Assembly: GCA_951406725.2 (NCBI GenBank)
Contig: OX597820.1
Location: 58,528,001-58,592,000 of the forward strand
Direction of reading: 5' to 3'
Source of the DNA: Octopus vulgaris
Taxonomy: Eukaryota
DNA: 64,000 bases
Shown here: positions 26,732-39,449 of the stretch, in pieces
How the letters are laid out: each line of letters starts with the position of its first letter
Position numbering within the stretch: position 1 is the first letter of the stretch
Notes under the pieces: model-generated
Told to the model about the DNA's origin: nothing
The model's database searches: none
What the model saw: the letters and a program-made list of their open reading frames with translations, nothing else
Position numbers and translations under genes: made by a program

Positions 26732-27636
26732 TTGGGTTAGCAAGAAAGTAATTTTGTTTTTCACAAATAGAGAGAGTTACGTTTTTTTTTTTTTTAATGA
26801 CTTTTGTCGATGTTATGATTTTTTTCTTTTTGACATTTGATAGCCACTACTTTTAGCTTACTTTAGAAGCAAATTGTGCATAATTTTATTTACAGCTGTT
26901 AGTGTCAGTTTTAACATGGAGTGCAAAAACGAACATTTTCACCATATTTTGCTTTTTTACTTCTCTGGTCAACCTACTGAAGTTGATAATGACTGAATCA
27001 AAGCCATAATTGAATCTGATTATCATATAACTGTGAGAGAATGCAGATTTAAATGTATCACACACAACAATTAAAAATCACTTAAAATGTCTTGAACTCA
27101 TTAAAAAGCTTGATATTTGGGTTCCACATAAATTGAAAGAGATTCACTTAACACAATAGATCAATATTTGCGATAGGCATCTCAAACACAATGAAATCAA
27201 CCATTTTTTTTTTTTATTAATCATCACTAGTGATGAAAAATTGATTGTCTGTAATAACATCATTCGAAAATGATGATGGTCCCAGCATAATGAATCAGCA
27301 CAAATCACATTGAAAGCTGAATTGCATAAAAAAAGGTCAATTTGGTGGGATTACAAAGGTGTTGTGTGTTTTGAGCTGCTTCCATGGAATCAGACAATCA
27401 ATTCAGATGTTTACTGTCAACAACTAATGAAACTGGAGGAAGCAATGAAAGAAAAACAACCAGAATTGGCAAATCATAATGGAATCGTGTTCCACCATGA
27501 TAACATCTTTGCTAACTCGTGAAAAATTATTGGAGCTTGGTTGGAAGTGATGTCACATCCACCATATAACCTTTGTATGAAAAAAATTATTTTTATTTCA
27601 CACTAAAAAACCAAAATTACTTTCTTGCCAACCCAA
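26732..27636 (+). mobile_element. Degenerate mariner element
   Basis: TIRs ttgggttagcaagaaagtaatttt / aaaattactttcttgccaacccaa with TA flanks; WVPHKL, IWWDYKGV, VFHHDN, HPPY motifs. Confidence 0.9.
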
Positions 27637-28149
27637 TATTTCATGCTTTGTGCCTATAATAGAGAGGATTATTATTATTTTTCTTGTCTCTATAGAAAAA
27701 GCCTTATTGATTTTCAAGCGCCTTAGTTTTAACAAAAGTTTGTGGGGGTTGTTTTGCTGTTTTTTTCCTTTTTTTTTTTCTGGCCTGAATGGGAATTTAT
27801 TCCTAGTGTTTATTACTGATATTTGCGTAAAAAAACTGACAAATTTATTTTGATACAGTTTACATAAGAGTGTTGCATATTTCTAACATCATGAATTTGA
27901 AAAATTCCTATTTTCTTTGTGAAAAAGATGGATTCCAACTTAAGAATATTGTTTGAAGAAAAACATAAGACAGAAAGAGGAGAATCAGTTTGATGACGGT
28001 TGAGGAAATGAAACTGAATGGTATTGCTGGCTTTTTTTCTGGAGCCAGTGATAGTGTTAATACTAAAACAATTAAAGGTATCAGTCTCATGATGAATAAC
28101 ACCAGAGGTTTTTACAATAACAACACCTTTCACCAACTGAAAGTGGCTA

Positions 28150-28515
28150 AATATTGCAGGAAGAATGGTCACCAGCATCATCAAGAAGAATCACCTGCAC
28201 CAGGAAGAACTACTGTCATCAGGAAGAACCACTGTCACCAGGAAGAACTACTGTTGTCATGAAGTACTGCCGTTATCAGAAGGAACCATTGTTACTAGGA
28301 AGAATCGTCATCACCAGGCAGAACCACCATCATGTAGAAAAGCCACTGTCACCTGGAAGAACCACCATCACCAGGAAGAACCACTGTCTCCAGGAAAACT
28401 AGTCACCAGGAAGAACCGCTGTCATGAGGAAAAACCACTGTCACCAGGAAGAACCATTGTCACCAGGAAGAACCACCATCACCAGGAAGAACCACAGTCA
28501 CTAGGAAGAACCTCC
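28150..28515 (+). repeat. ~21-bp minisatellite (caccaggaagaaccac..t)
   Basis: about 17 degenerate units; explains the repetitive ORFs at 27990-28704. Confidence 0.85.
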
Positions 28516-28699
28516 ACCGGCACAACTTTTCTTACTATGATGGATGATGGCACTATTAGCAACACCATTATCTTTCTTAGCAGCTACAACATCCCTACCA
28601 CCACCACCACCACCATCAGTGGAGACAAATATTTCAAAGCTATTACCAACAGCAACATCACCTATACCATCGTCCCTGTTGCTGGCATAAACAAGGCAG

Positions 28700-31600
28700 C
28701 ATAGTTTACAAGTAACTCACAAGTGTGGATGCAGCATTTGCTTCCCAATAGTAGAGTTCCGGCAGACACACAAATATTGCTTAGTTGTGAGTTGACTTTC
28801 TTGCACTAACAGAAAAGGAAGAGAAGCTAATAGAACTCTGACTACAAATGCATCTTGAAAAATACTAAGTTAACAACCTGCATTCTAGCACAAGTTGATA
28901 TGTGCATGAAGGATATGTGGGGTTGTATACTGCACATAAAGAGAAGGCAATATAGAATGGTGGCCCTAAGTCTCAATGGAAAGGGGACGAAAAAATGCCA
29001 CACATGTATGCTTCTCCAAGGGTTATTAAGTAAGTAATGTGATATTTAGCAATGTGCTATGTGAAATGATTATCAAATACTTTGTAGTCTTAGAGGAGAG
29101 GAGAGAAGTTACAAACTTGGAATCAACTGTCTCCTCTCTTTCCTGTAAGAACTGGGCAGGACTCAAAAGAGCTGCTGCTTACCCATGAAGACATGCCAAG
29201 ATCACTGACCTTAATTTCATGAAGAGACTGAATAAGAATTGTGGTAGAAGGCAGAAGATCCTGATGTTACACTTACAGTAGCATCACCCATCAAGAGCTT
29301 ACTGTCCACAAGTTAAGGATGTGCAAATTTCCTTGCTGCAACCCTACAGCCTTGGCATCAATGACAATACTAGTAGCAAGAGCAGTAGTGCTCACCAAAA
29401 CAACTACCAGTGCAGCAGAGTGATAACTACCACCACCTTTGAAATAGGGAGCTTTATTGGAATGCTCTACTCTCCAGCATAACAGTAGCACCAACATAAA
29501 TGCATACACTCACTCACTAACCAACCAACATCCTCTCTTCCGATTTCTTATCCGATGACGAAAAGGAGAAGACTGGAGCATGGCATGTTATTAGAGGTGC
29601 TAAAATGGAAAAAGAAAAAACAAAACAAATGCTAGTAGCTCCACCACGGAAATACAGAAAAGTAGATGGAATGCCAAAGAACCTGTAAACTACTCATTTA
29701 CCGACATAACCACGAAGACAGCATCAATAACTGTAAAATTAACAAAACCCAAAGCCACAACAGCCAATCTCCAAAAGAAACAATAAGAATATGAACAGCA
29801 ACAAAAGCCGTATACACAAAAAATGAATGCCATTGACTTCACTGTTATAAATAGAAACCACAGTGAGTTAATAGGGATACATATGAAAACAACTCAAAGA
29901 TAAATAGAAACAAGAGAGGGTTTTTGTGGTATGCATCTCCAAAGCTCAAAGATAGGGTACTGTAAAAGATATCAGCAAATGTCTATGAACCATTAAAGGA
30001 TAAATTTTCATGTAGTGTCAGAATTTTCTGAAAAAGAGAGGACATATGGTCTTTTGAGGAACTCCTCCTGAAGAGAAGGTTGGATTGCCCACCCTCATTC
30101 AAGATCCAAGGTGAGTGACCTGTTCCTTTTTCTATTCTCTGATAGACATGGTCATACTCCGAGTGGGATGTAGAAATTCATGTGGCATTCGGCAGACTTG
30201 GAAGCAAGGTTATTTGCTCAACTACCTCTGATCATTAGACATAGATGTAGACCATCAATCAGACCATGATTTCTGAAACACTTGCTAGCCCACTTTCTGG
30301 ATGATGCTTTCAATTGACTCAGATCAACTAGCATGGCACTGTTGTCGAGGAAAGATTTGGATATAGACATAGAAATAATTACTGCGTTTTACCTGGTCTA
30401 GAAAGATTTCAGGAACCAGATTAGAAACTAGTTAATCAGGACTTAATGGGAGTGGAGTATCATTAACAATAGGTGGTTGGTCTCTCACAAGAGGAGAGTT
30501 GGAACAGCTGTAGAGAATGTCTTTAGTGTCTACATCAACAGCTTGCTACATCTGTTGGCAAAAGAGGTAGAGTGCTTCAAAAAGCTAATTACAGCAGCTG
30601 AGATATGATTGGTGGCAAGTGTCTGTCCTATGAGTTTTATGTATGTACACCAGATTTGTCCTCTAAATTTCATTGCAGCTGGCAATGGAATGGGAAAGTT
30701 CACAGTTTTGTGAGACCAGGAGTGGTTGTGTTGCTGAGAAAAGTCATGAACAGAGAAAACATAAATTATAATTTCCAGCCCATACTCTGGTGAATGTTGA
30801 GTTTAAGATTTGGGATGAGATGCTAATGGAGAGGCTAGTGCTTGTTGGTAGTTGGTTGTGAAAGAACAAACCTGTGTGATCCAAAGTGGATCCATTCAAG
30901 ACAACCTTCAGGTTATGTGATTCATAATAGGGAAAGTGGGTGACAAATCTGACTTTGATGGAAAATCTGATCAGTTTTGATTTATTTAAAGCTTTTAATT
31001 GTGTCAACCATTGTTGAGAGCTGTCCTCAAGACAGCTGGTTTTATGCCATTTTCAGAAGCTGGATCACTTTGATGTATAGCAGCATCAGTTCAATGGTCT
31101 GGAGATACTGCTGTGGAAACTGGAGGTAATGAGGGTAATCCTATTCAAACTAATATATGGGAGAGCCTTGTTGGCAAAGGTGGACAGCATTACTATAATG
31201 GTGTCAGACTCTATGGAGGCTAGGGTGGCTGGCATGATTGTAAAGGAATATGACACAGTGACAGGCATAAGACTTAACTCAGACAAAATTGTAAGTTTTC
31301 AGGTTGGCACTTGGAGAAGCAAGTCCATGTTTTCTGATGAGGTACTGAAATGACAGTCTGGTTAAATTGCTTGGAGTTTGGTTTGATCCAAATCTCTATG
31401 GGGTTAGCAACCAGGACAAGGTTATGAGAAAGGTAGCAAGTCTCATCCAGACATGGGCTCTAAGAAAGGTATCTTGAAAAGCCAGAAAGGTGGCAACATG
31501 TACATCAGCTCCAGTGTCACCACCTGACCTTTGTGCATTGCTCCAGTTTTTCTTTATCTAAATTGGAGTTTCTGATGTTCTGCATCTTGTTTCCACTGAT

Positions 31601-31800
31601 TAGGCAGTCCATCTGTCATCAACACCCTCTACATATGGGGCTCAAGATGCAGTGATTAATGAAGTACAGACATGTACTGAGGCTATTAAGCAGGTGGTGA
31701 GCAGCTCTGTTCATATTTTACTATAGCTTGTCCATCTGATGGAGATGCAGCCTTGTGTCAAGTGATGAAGACTAGGCATCTGACTTCAGTAATGTTAGGT
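28700..31800 (+). mobile_element. Highly decayed L1/Tx1-like LINE sequence
   Basis: RT-like remnants ISFD..KAF..V.H (~30970), WITLMYS (~31060), KLLGVWF (~31365); many stops. Confidence 0.5.
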
Positions 31801-32952
31801 GCCCACAGCCCTCCAATATTTTTGTCCATATATACTTTCATTTTCTCATTCAATTTCTTCAAACCTCGCACTTTTTTATGACCTTGTTTATGTAAGCTGG
31901 CAGAATTTTGAGCACACTGGGCAAAATACTTAATGGGTTTTTTTTATCTGCTTTTATGTTTTGAGTTCAAATTCTGCCATGCATGACTTTGCCATTCATC
32001 ATTTTGGGGGCTGAAAAATTAAGTACCAGTGAAACACTGGGGTCAATGTAATTAACTAGTCCCCTCCCCGCAAATTTCAGGCCTTGTACCTTTAGTAGAA
32101 AGGATTATTATTATTATTACAAGCTGACAGAATCGTTAGCATGATGAACAAAATATTTCACTGCATTTTCTTTGGCCATACATTTTGAGTTCAAATTCCA
32201 CCGAGGTTGACTTTGCCTTTCATCTTTTTAGGATTGACAAAATGAGTACCAGTTGAGCACTGGGGTTAATGTTATCATCTTAACTCCTACCCCCAAAATT
32301 TCAGGTCATGTTCCTGTAGTTGAAAGGATTATTGTTATTATATCATCATTATTATCATCATTATCATCATTACTTTGCTAGAAAATGGATTGGATGAAAT
32401 AATAGATTCACATTATTTGCACCAATCCACTATTAGCAATGAGGATTCATTGCAAATGTATGTGGGGACAAGCTCATTGCATGTAGTTGTGTCAATTTAT
32501 TTTATTGCTGTTTCTGTTTATTATGTGTCAATATATTGTTATCTGTGTTCTAAATAAAATTATGCTACAGAAATCCCTATTGCTATACAAATACATATAT
32601 AAACAGACACTCTCTCTCTCTCTCTGATGAAGGGGATTTTTCATTGTGTAGCATGTCCTGTACTTCGTTTTTCTGCTGCACATAATTGTTTTTCCCGTTT
32701 TCGTTTCGTCTTGTTCCACGTCTCTGTCCTTCTGTTGTAACAAAATGTCTTCTCCGTTTTCGTTCTGTTGATTTTTTCGTCTTCTTGTGATGTCCTGTAC
32801 GTATATATATATATTTATATATGCATGTATATATACATGTAGATGTCGGTACGTACATATATGTTTGTATGTATGCATATATTTTATTTATTACACTATA
32901 TATATATATATATATATATATAAAACTTACTTGGAAAAGGATGTGTGGCGTT

Positions 32953-32990
<38 letters not shown>

Positions 32991-33122
32991 AATTGCCGGG
33001 TGAATTTTGTTGTTTTTTCTCTTTACCTACGTGGATTATTTTTGAGTATATGTTATCTGGGAGATTCACTTACAGTAGAGAAATAGCTAATTGTTTGGCT
33101 GCTATTTCTAAATTTTTTGTAT

Positions 33123-33410
33123 GTTAGTTAGTTAGTTAGTTAATTTTTTGGCTCAAAAAGCAAAAAGCAAGGCCATGTAGGGGGACATGGAGTTATGTAC
33201 AGGGTGGTGTTCATGTAAAGAGTTCAGGCCATTTGTGGTCCAGGGAGACTTTGAACTGAGCGGTTGTCGGCATCTTCACTAGCTCGTCCGGCAGCTTATT
33301 CCATGGATCTGCAACCCGGACGGAGAAAGCCCCTCTCCTTCGATTGAGATGAAATCGTCGCAGATAGAGCTTTTCAGAGTGACCCCGCAGCCGATGCTCT
33401 GGAGCAGAAG
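33123..33410 (-). mobile_element. CR1-clade LINE 3' end
   Basis: minus strand encodes RLRGHSEKLYLRRFHLNRRRGAFSVRVADPWNKLPDELV; (TAAC)n tail; approximate TSD aaattttttg. Confidence 0.85.
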
Positions 33411-33582
33411 CAAATTTTTTTGCTGAACCCTATTTATAATTATACTCATAATTATAAAAATTATTGTTTAAGTTTACCGATAATGGTTCTTTTAACATGC
33501 CAAAACTACTTGGTAGAAATATTAATGATTAATAATTAATAATTATTAATTAATTAATTAATTTTACCCTTTATTATTATTG

Positions 33583-33628
<46 letters not shown>

Positions 33629-34159
33629 GTATATGTATATATATATGTCTCTCTCTCTCTCTCTCCACACAATTCCTATCTACCAGATTCACTCACAAGG
33701 CATTAGTTAACCTTAGGCTGAACCTAATACCATGTGATTGCAAAACGAACTTCTTAATTACACAGCCATGCTTGTGTCTGAGAGGAAAATTATAGCAGAT
33801 TCAACTAAATACCTTGATGCATTTAGTTACCTTTATTTTTCTTCCATCTGAGATTGATAAAATAAATAAACGAGCAGTTATGTATCTGAATCAATACTCC
33901 TTCTTTAACCCTTTAGCATTTAAACTGGCCATATCAGACCCAAATATCCTACCTGTTTTATATTTAAACCAGCCGGATCCTGCCTCTTGCACCTACCCTA
34001 CAAATATCATTCTAAATATAAACTATCACATCATAAAAATCTTGAAGCTACAAGATTATGCATGATTAATTCAATAGAATAAGCATTTCATTTGACTGAG
34101 TAATCTGAATGCTAAAAACTTTTAATGATGCATGGTATCATGCCAATGTGAGGTATTCT

Positions 34160-34686
34160 GGATCTTTACCTTTTGACCGACAGATTTTTAAAATAATTTT
34201 TTGTAACTGAACACTTTCAAACTTTGGACACTGGTAGAATGTGTCATAAAAAATATCTTTTACTCTTGCCATTTCTGAGAAAAACTTATATTTACGAAGT
34301 TATTTCACATTAAAGTTGTCCTATTTCCGTAACTTCAACCAATCAATGACGTGTATTCAGCTGAATAAAATTACTGCTATTGTTTGTCAACAACAACTAT
34401 TGGCGGTGTATATTTTGTTTGTCACTGTTATTCATGACATCGGTCATGCATTTGTACTGGTTGTAGGGTAAGGTTTAGGGTTCTCATAAATAACAGTGAC
34501 AAACGAAATATACACTACTGGAAGTTCTTGTTGGCTAACAACAGCAGTAATTTTATTCAGCTTTTTCTCACAAATGCTAAGAGTAAAAGATATTTTATAT
34601 GACACATTCTACCAGTGTCTGAAGTTTGAAAGTGTTTAGTTACAAAAAATTATTTTTAAAATCTGTCGGTCAAAAAGTAAAGATCC
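34160..34686. mobile_element. Foldback/MITE element with long TIRs
   Basis: ggatctttaccttttgaccgacag... / ...ctgtcggtcaaaaagtaaagatcc; ~125-bp outer and ~75-bp inner inverted arms. Confidence 0.85.
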
Positions 34687-34981
34687 GATATGCTCTGCTG
34701 GTAATTGGGTGCTGTACTTAGTGATTTGTATTATTGTAGTGTATTTGTACTATGTATACTGGAGTTGATCCTATTGAGTGGTCTTTCTTCTCCTCACAAA
34801 TTCTATGGCTTTGGCTTATATGGAAAAAACTCTATATATTCTGGATAATGGAGTACCAGTCACATGCTGGTGTCAGTTTTATTTACTTATTAATTCTTAC
34901 TTATTCTTCATCCCTGTTATTTGTGGTCATGTGCTGATTCCAAAAGACTTTCTTTACTATCTATACTATATCATTACACAG

Positions 34982-35113
34982 AATAAAGAGGAAGAGTGTT
35001 GGAAGTGACTTAATAGCAAGTGGAGGGAAGTTGATCAAAATGGGGAGTCCAGAGCTGACCCGATTATGGAATCTATGTCCAGACAACACAGAAGCCTGCA
35101 AATCGGAGAAAAG
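34982..35113 (+). CDS. THOC1: THOC1 exon: (K)IKRKSVGSDLIASGGKLIKMGSPELTRLWNLCPDNTEACKSEK
   Basis: acacag acceptor, gtgagt donor; conserved ELTRLWNLCPDNxEACKSE; phase 2-2. Confidence 0.96.
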
Positions 35114-35175
35114 GTGAGTGGTATTTCATATTTTCAACATCTACTAGGACCAAACTGTAGTAAAGTTTTACTTCA

Positions 35176-35394
35176 GAGAGGATGCTGAAAAATTCCTGGC
35201 TTTTGATCAACAAAAATAGAGGAGGATTAGTTAATTATGATTTTATTCAACATAATTCCCCCCCTCTCAGATTCACATACTTATTGTAGCAGTCCTTCAG
35301 TTTTTCTAAGCCCTGTAAAAGAACTCAGAAGTCTGGGCCCTCAACCAGACCTTTTGCAATACCCTTAAAGCCAGGAACTTTCCAGCACCCTCTC
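35176..35394. mobile_element. MITE with mariner-like TIRs
   Basis: gagaggatgctgaaaaattcctggctt ... aagccaggaactttccagcaccctctc inverted termini. Confidence 0.75.
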
Positions 35395-35805
35395 AATATT
35401 TATATTGTTTCATGACCCTTTATTGGGTTGTTGGGGCAGCACTAAAGACTTTAACTTCATGTCAGATGTACTTCAACGAAGATTCACTCACCAACATGTT
35501 ACAACCTCTAACTCATAGACAAGCAATTCCTGATTTTTACTTCTATCTCTATGATAATCTCAGGTGTCTGTGAATCACTTCTCAAATAAAAGGTGGGTCG
35601 CACTTGAAGAATCTTTGAATCTAGGTCAGCTTCATCAGGACTGAGTTTGTTCTAAACAACTGTTTGAGAAGAATCAAAGCATTGTGAGACTTTTCACCTT
35701 AAATAGCTAATGGTGTAGATTCTATCTAACCTCTGGGTATGTATTATATTGACCCTTTCCATCTTTGTTTGTATTGACCTCAATTATCTTTCACCATTTC
35801 TGCAG

Positions 35806-35889
35806 AGTGTTCTTGCCAACTTTGGAAGATTTCTTTGCTGATGCCATCGAACAGTCTGACCCTGAAGCCATGGTTGAAGACGAATACAA
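35806..35889 (+). CDS. THOC1: THOC1 exon: (R)VFLPTLEDFFADAIEQSDPEAMVEDEY
   Basis: tctgcag acceptor, gtaaga donor; matches PTLEEFFEEAIEQADPENMVENEY; phase 2-2. Confidence 0.96.
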
Positions 35890-36816
35890 GTAAGAGCAGA
35901 TTTGTTTTCTCTTTGTGCTTTGTATGTGTATTTTTGTGTGTGTTTGTGTACATGTGTTTATGAACTCAAGATTTTTGTTTACTTTTTGTAGCCTATATAT
36001 ATGTGTTTGTAAGTGAATGCATGTATTTTGTGTGTGTGTGTGTGTGTGTGTATACACCCTTATCTGTGTGAATGAGGGATCCTTACAATATGGGTGTTTA
36101 TGTTTGTTGCTGTGTATGTACAGCTCTATGTAAGTGAAAACATGATTGCAACTGAATGATTACAGATTCCATTCCACTGTGTAGAACTTTGAGCAAGTGT
36201 CTTCACTATGGCTTTGGCTTGATAAAACTGTACAGAGGCATGTAGCCCAAACACACACAGACACATACATATATGTATTCGTTCATTTTACACACATTTT
36301 TGTATGTTGGCATAACTTTTGATGGATATTTGGTAGAAGGCAATATTTTACAGCTGGATGTTCTTCCTGTTTCTAATCCTTAGCTATGTGTGTGAAGGGA
36401 GAAGAATAGGACAAGAGAATCAGTGATTGGTTTAAGAGAGTGTGAAAGGAGGTAGTAATGGAAGCGAGGCAGTACTGGAGGTAGAGTACGATAGGAAAAT
36501 GAAGTGAGAAGGTGCTAGAGGTGCAAATAATGACAATGCTTGAATGAGCAATGGAAGAGAGGTAACATCGGCACCGAATATTAGAAAGAGTGGTCAAGTG
36601 ATTGGAAGTAATAAAGATAGGTGATGATAAAAGAGTGTAATGGATGTCACTTATTAGTGACCTGGGGTAGAGAGAATGATGAATGGTCATACAGAAAGGG
36701 TGACAATAGGATGTACTGGATACAACCAATATCTTGATGTATTTATTATACAGTATATAATATACTGTATAATATATATCATAAATCTACATAATTATGT
36801 TCTACTTGTGTTCCAG

Positions 36817-36964
36817 GTTGGTCAAGGATCAAGTGTTTCAGTGGAAAGCCCTCAGGTTACTGGCTCGTCGCAGTCCTCATTTCTTTACTCATGCTCCCCA
36901 GCCAGCAGTTGAATTACCTGTTTATCTTGAAAGTATGGTCACCAGACTAGCCAAAGAGATGCCA
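36817..36964 (+). CDS. THOC1: THOC1 exon: (K)LVKDQVFQWKALRLLARRSPHFF...YLESMVTRLAKEMP
   Basis: ttccag acceptor, gtaagc donor; conserved WxALRLLARRSPHFF; phase 2-0. Confidence 0.97.
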
Positions 36965-37043
36965 GTAAGCATTGAAGAAAACTTTTCCTTTATTTTTTAA
37001 CAGGTTATTAAAGTGTGTTTAGATAGGCAATAAGAAGTTTTAT

Positions 37044-37176
37044 TTTCGTTATAACCATCTGTTTTGGTTTCCAGCTGATGAGACCTGAGTGTCAGGCAGA
37101 TGGTTTTCTGACTGAACCAGACCATTGTTTTTGTTATAGCTGTCAGGTTAAATTGCTGGGCTACTAATTACACATC
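37044..37176 (+). ncRNA. Candidate intronic structured small RNA (H/ACA-like or pre-miRNA-like)
   Basis: hairpin aaccatctgtt..ggcagatggtt extended by G-U pairs, then AGACCA (ANANNA), a second weaker hairpin tagct..ggcta, then ACA. Confidence 0.3.
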
Positions 37177-37398
37177 TGAATGCTCAAATCTTACCACTAT
37201 CATTGTGTTCATGCATTAGGCTTAAAAGTTTTCATCTTAATTCACTGGAACAAAATTCATACTGATTCTGTGATGTATTATAGCCCACAACACTGATACT
37301 GCAAATATCATAAGCTCTACCGAGGTATTTTCAGATGTATATATTCATTTTCAACATTGTTGTAGACTTGAAATTATATTTGTGTGTATATATGTATG

Positions 37399-37437
<39 letters not shown>

Positions 37438-37985
37438 GGCTGCTGATAGATTTTTCTACAAAATATGGATAATTTATCCTGTTCATGCTATTATATTAGC
37501 ATTATTATTGTTCTGCATTTGGGAATAAATTATTTCCTTATCTGTATCATATATATATATTCGAAATCGATCAATGGAAATTGCAGATGTGTTACCAGTG
37601 CCGGTGGCATGTAAGAGAACCTTCCGTTTCGCGACCGTTGCCAGCGCCGCCCTGACTGGCCTCATGCCGGTGGCACGTAAAAAGCACCATCTGTTCGTGT
37701 CCGTTGCCAGCCTCGCCTGACCCTCGTGCCGGTGGCACATAAAAAGCACCATCCGTTCGTGGCCGTTTGCCAGCTCTGTCTGGCACCTGTGCGGGTGGCA
37801 CGTAAAAAGCACCCACTACACTCACGGAGTTGTTGGCGTTAGGAAGGGCATCCAGCCGTAGAAACACTGACAGATTTGACTGGGCCTGATGAAGCCTTCT
37901 GGCTTCACAGACCCCAGTAGAACCGTCCAACCCATGCTAGCATGGAAAACGGACGCTAAACGATGATGATGATGATGATATATAT

Positions 37986-38017
<32 letters not shown>

Positions 38018-38018
<1 letters not shown>

Positions 38019-38330
38019 AGGATAAGATCGATAATTAAATATCGAACTTATCAAGTGGCCTGCATGGGAATAAAAACCTTCAAAGGTAATAATTATTATT
38101 AAGATTAAAATTTAGGGTATACCACCACGTGATACCACCACGCTTGAAATAGCAGCCAAAGCTTGACTCTAAAACCACATTAAATGTTCATACAGCACCA
38201 GGAGAGAAGACAAAAAGACAAAATAAACTAGCAAAATAAAATTACTGGATAACTCCAGATCCCAGATTTCTGGCTCTGCATAAGAAATGGTTTGCCTCTT
38301 CAGTGGAATATACTCAGCACATAAATACAA
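38018..38330 (-). mobile_element. Short (TA)n-flanked Penelope-derived/retrozyme-like element
   Basis: bounded by (TA)n tracts, carries a hammerhead motif, shares the block tttggctgctatttc and terminal motifs with 32990-33580. Confidence 0.5.
38252..38309 (-). ncRNA. Candidate type I hammerhead ribozyme in a short non-coding element
   Basis: minus strand AUUCCA-CUGAAGA-GGC..GCC-a-GAAAU-CUGGG-AUC-UGGAGU: 6-bp stem I, core motifs, AUC triplet; one extra A before GAAA. Confidence 0.6.
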
Positions 38331-38496
38331 ATATATATATATATATATATAACATGCGAATACTTACATATACGAACGTATACATACATATATATGCACG
38401 TATGCACACGACCAGTTTAAATTGCCCGCCCTAATCTTATATATATATATTTATATATATATGTATATAAAATCAAATGTTCACATTTCCAAACAG

Positions 38497-38590
38497 CCAC
38501 CACATGAAGAAATGAAGACTGAAATTGGAGAAGAAGAAGACATAAAGGCTCCCTCTCCGGATGAAGGGGAAGAAATCAAGAATGATGGCA
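38497..38590 (+). CDS. THOC1: THOC1 exon: PPHEEMKTEIGEEEDIKAPSPDEGEEIKNDG
   Basis: aaacag acceptor, gtaagt donor; matches PPSEEIKTGEDED; phase 0-1. Confidence 0.9.
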
Positions 38591-39449
38591 GTAAGTTATC
38601 ATTTCTACTGAGAGAAAAATGTTGAGTGAGGAGAGTGCAAGTGAAGTCAGCCTAAACAGGATTTGCAATCAGAACACAAGTGGATGTAACGAAATAGTTC
38701 ATGGTCATTTTGATCTATTGATCTATTGATTTTTCCCTATAATAATGATTTCTTACATTGCTAAAAGGTTGTTAAGTTGCAGGGAATGGTTTAATAGATG
38801 AAATTCACTTCTATACATGCCACTTATTTTAATGACCCTGGAGATACAAGGTCATCTTTAAGCAGGTTTTGAACTTGGAATATGCATTGATAAAACTATT
38901 TAAGATCAAACATTTAGCCCGATACACTACTATTTCTGCCAATTGCCATCATCATTTTATGTGCTTTTTTTTTTTTTTTTTTACATAGTTTGGACATCTC
39001 TTCTTCAGCACAGTGACTTGTTACTTGTTACAGTTCTTTGTCATTCCTTTCATGAATTTCATCCTCCTGATATAAGCTTCCACCACTTCCTCCCACCTGT
39101 TCCTTGGTCTTCCTCTTCTGCATGTTCTTTCCATTTGGACTGCTTGGCACTTTTTACTTAGCCATCACCCCTCCCCCTCAATCCCACCTCCACCCTACCC
39201 ATACACATCACATGTTTACATCAGCATTGTCTTTTCTGTTACTCTCTATGTCATATATAGATTCACTTTCAAGTCATTTGTACTCTGGTGTTCATGCACT
39301 CTAACAATAATCTGAAATGGGCCTCGTAACAGTTTTGGTTCTTTTGTTTCATTTAGTCTTGACAGTGGTACATATGCTGTCATGTTGCCTATAATTAATG
39401 TAGGCTTCTGTGTCATACACTGATTACTTCAATTACTTTATCTACATTG

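Noticed and set aside
27990-28704. His/Arg/Thr-rich ORFs up to 179 aa
   Set aside because: Translations of a 21-bp minisatellite, no splice or homology support
32622-32680. ctgatgaagggg hammerhead-like start
   Set aside because: No closing stem II, GAAA or cleavage triplet downstream; at most a truncated relic
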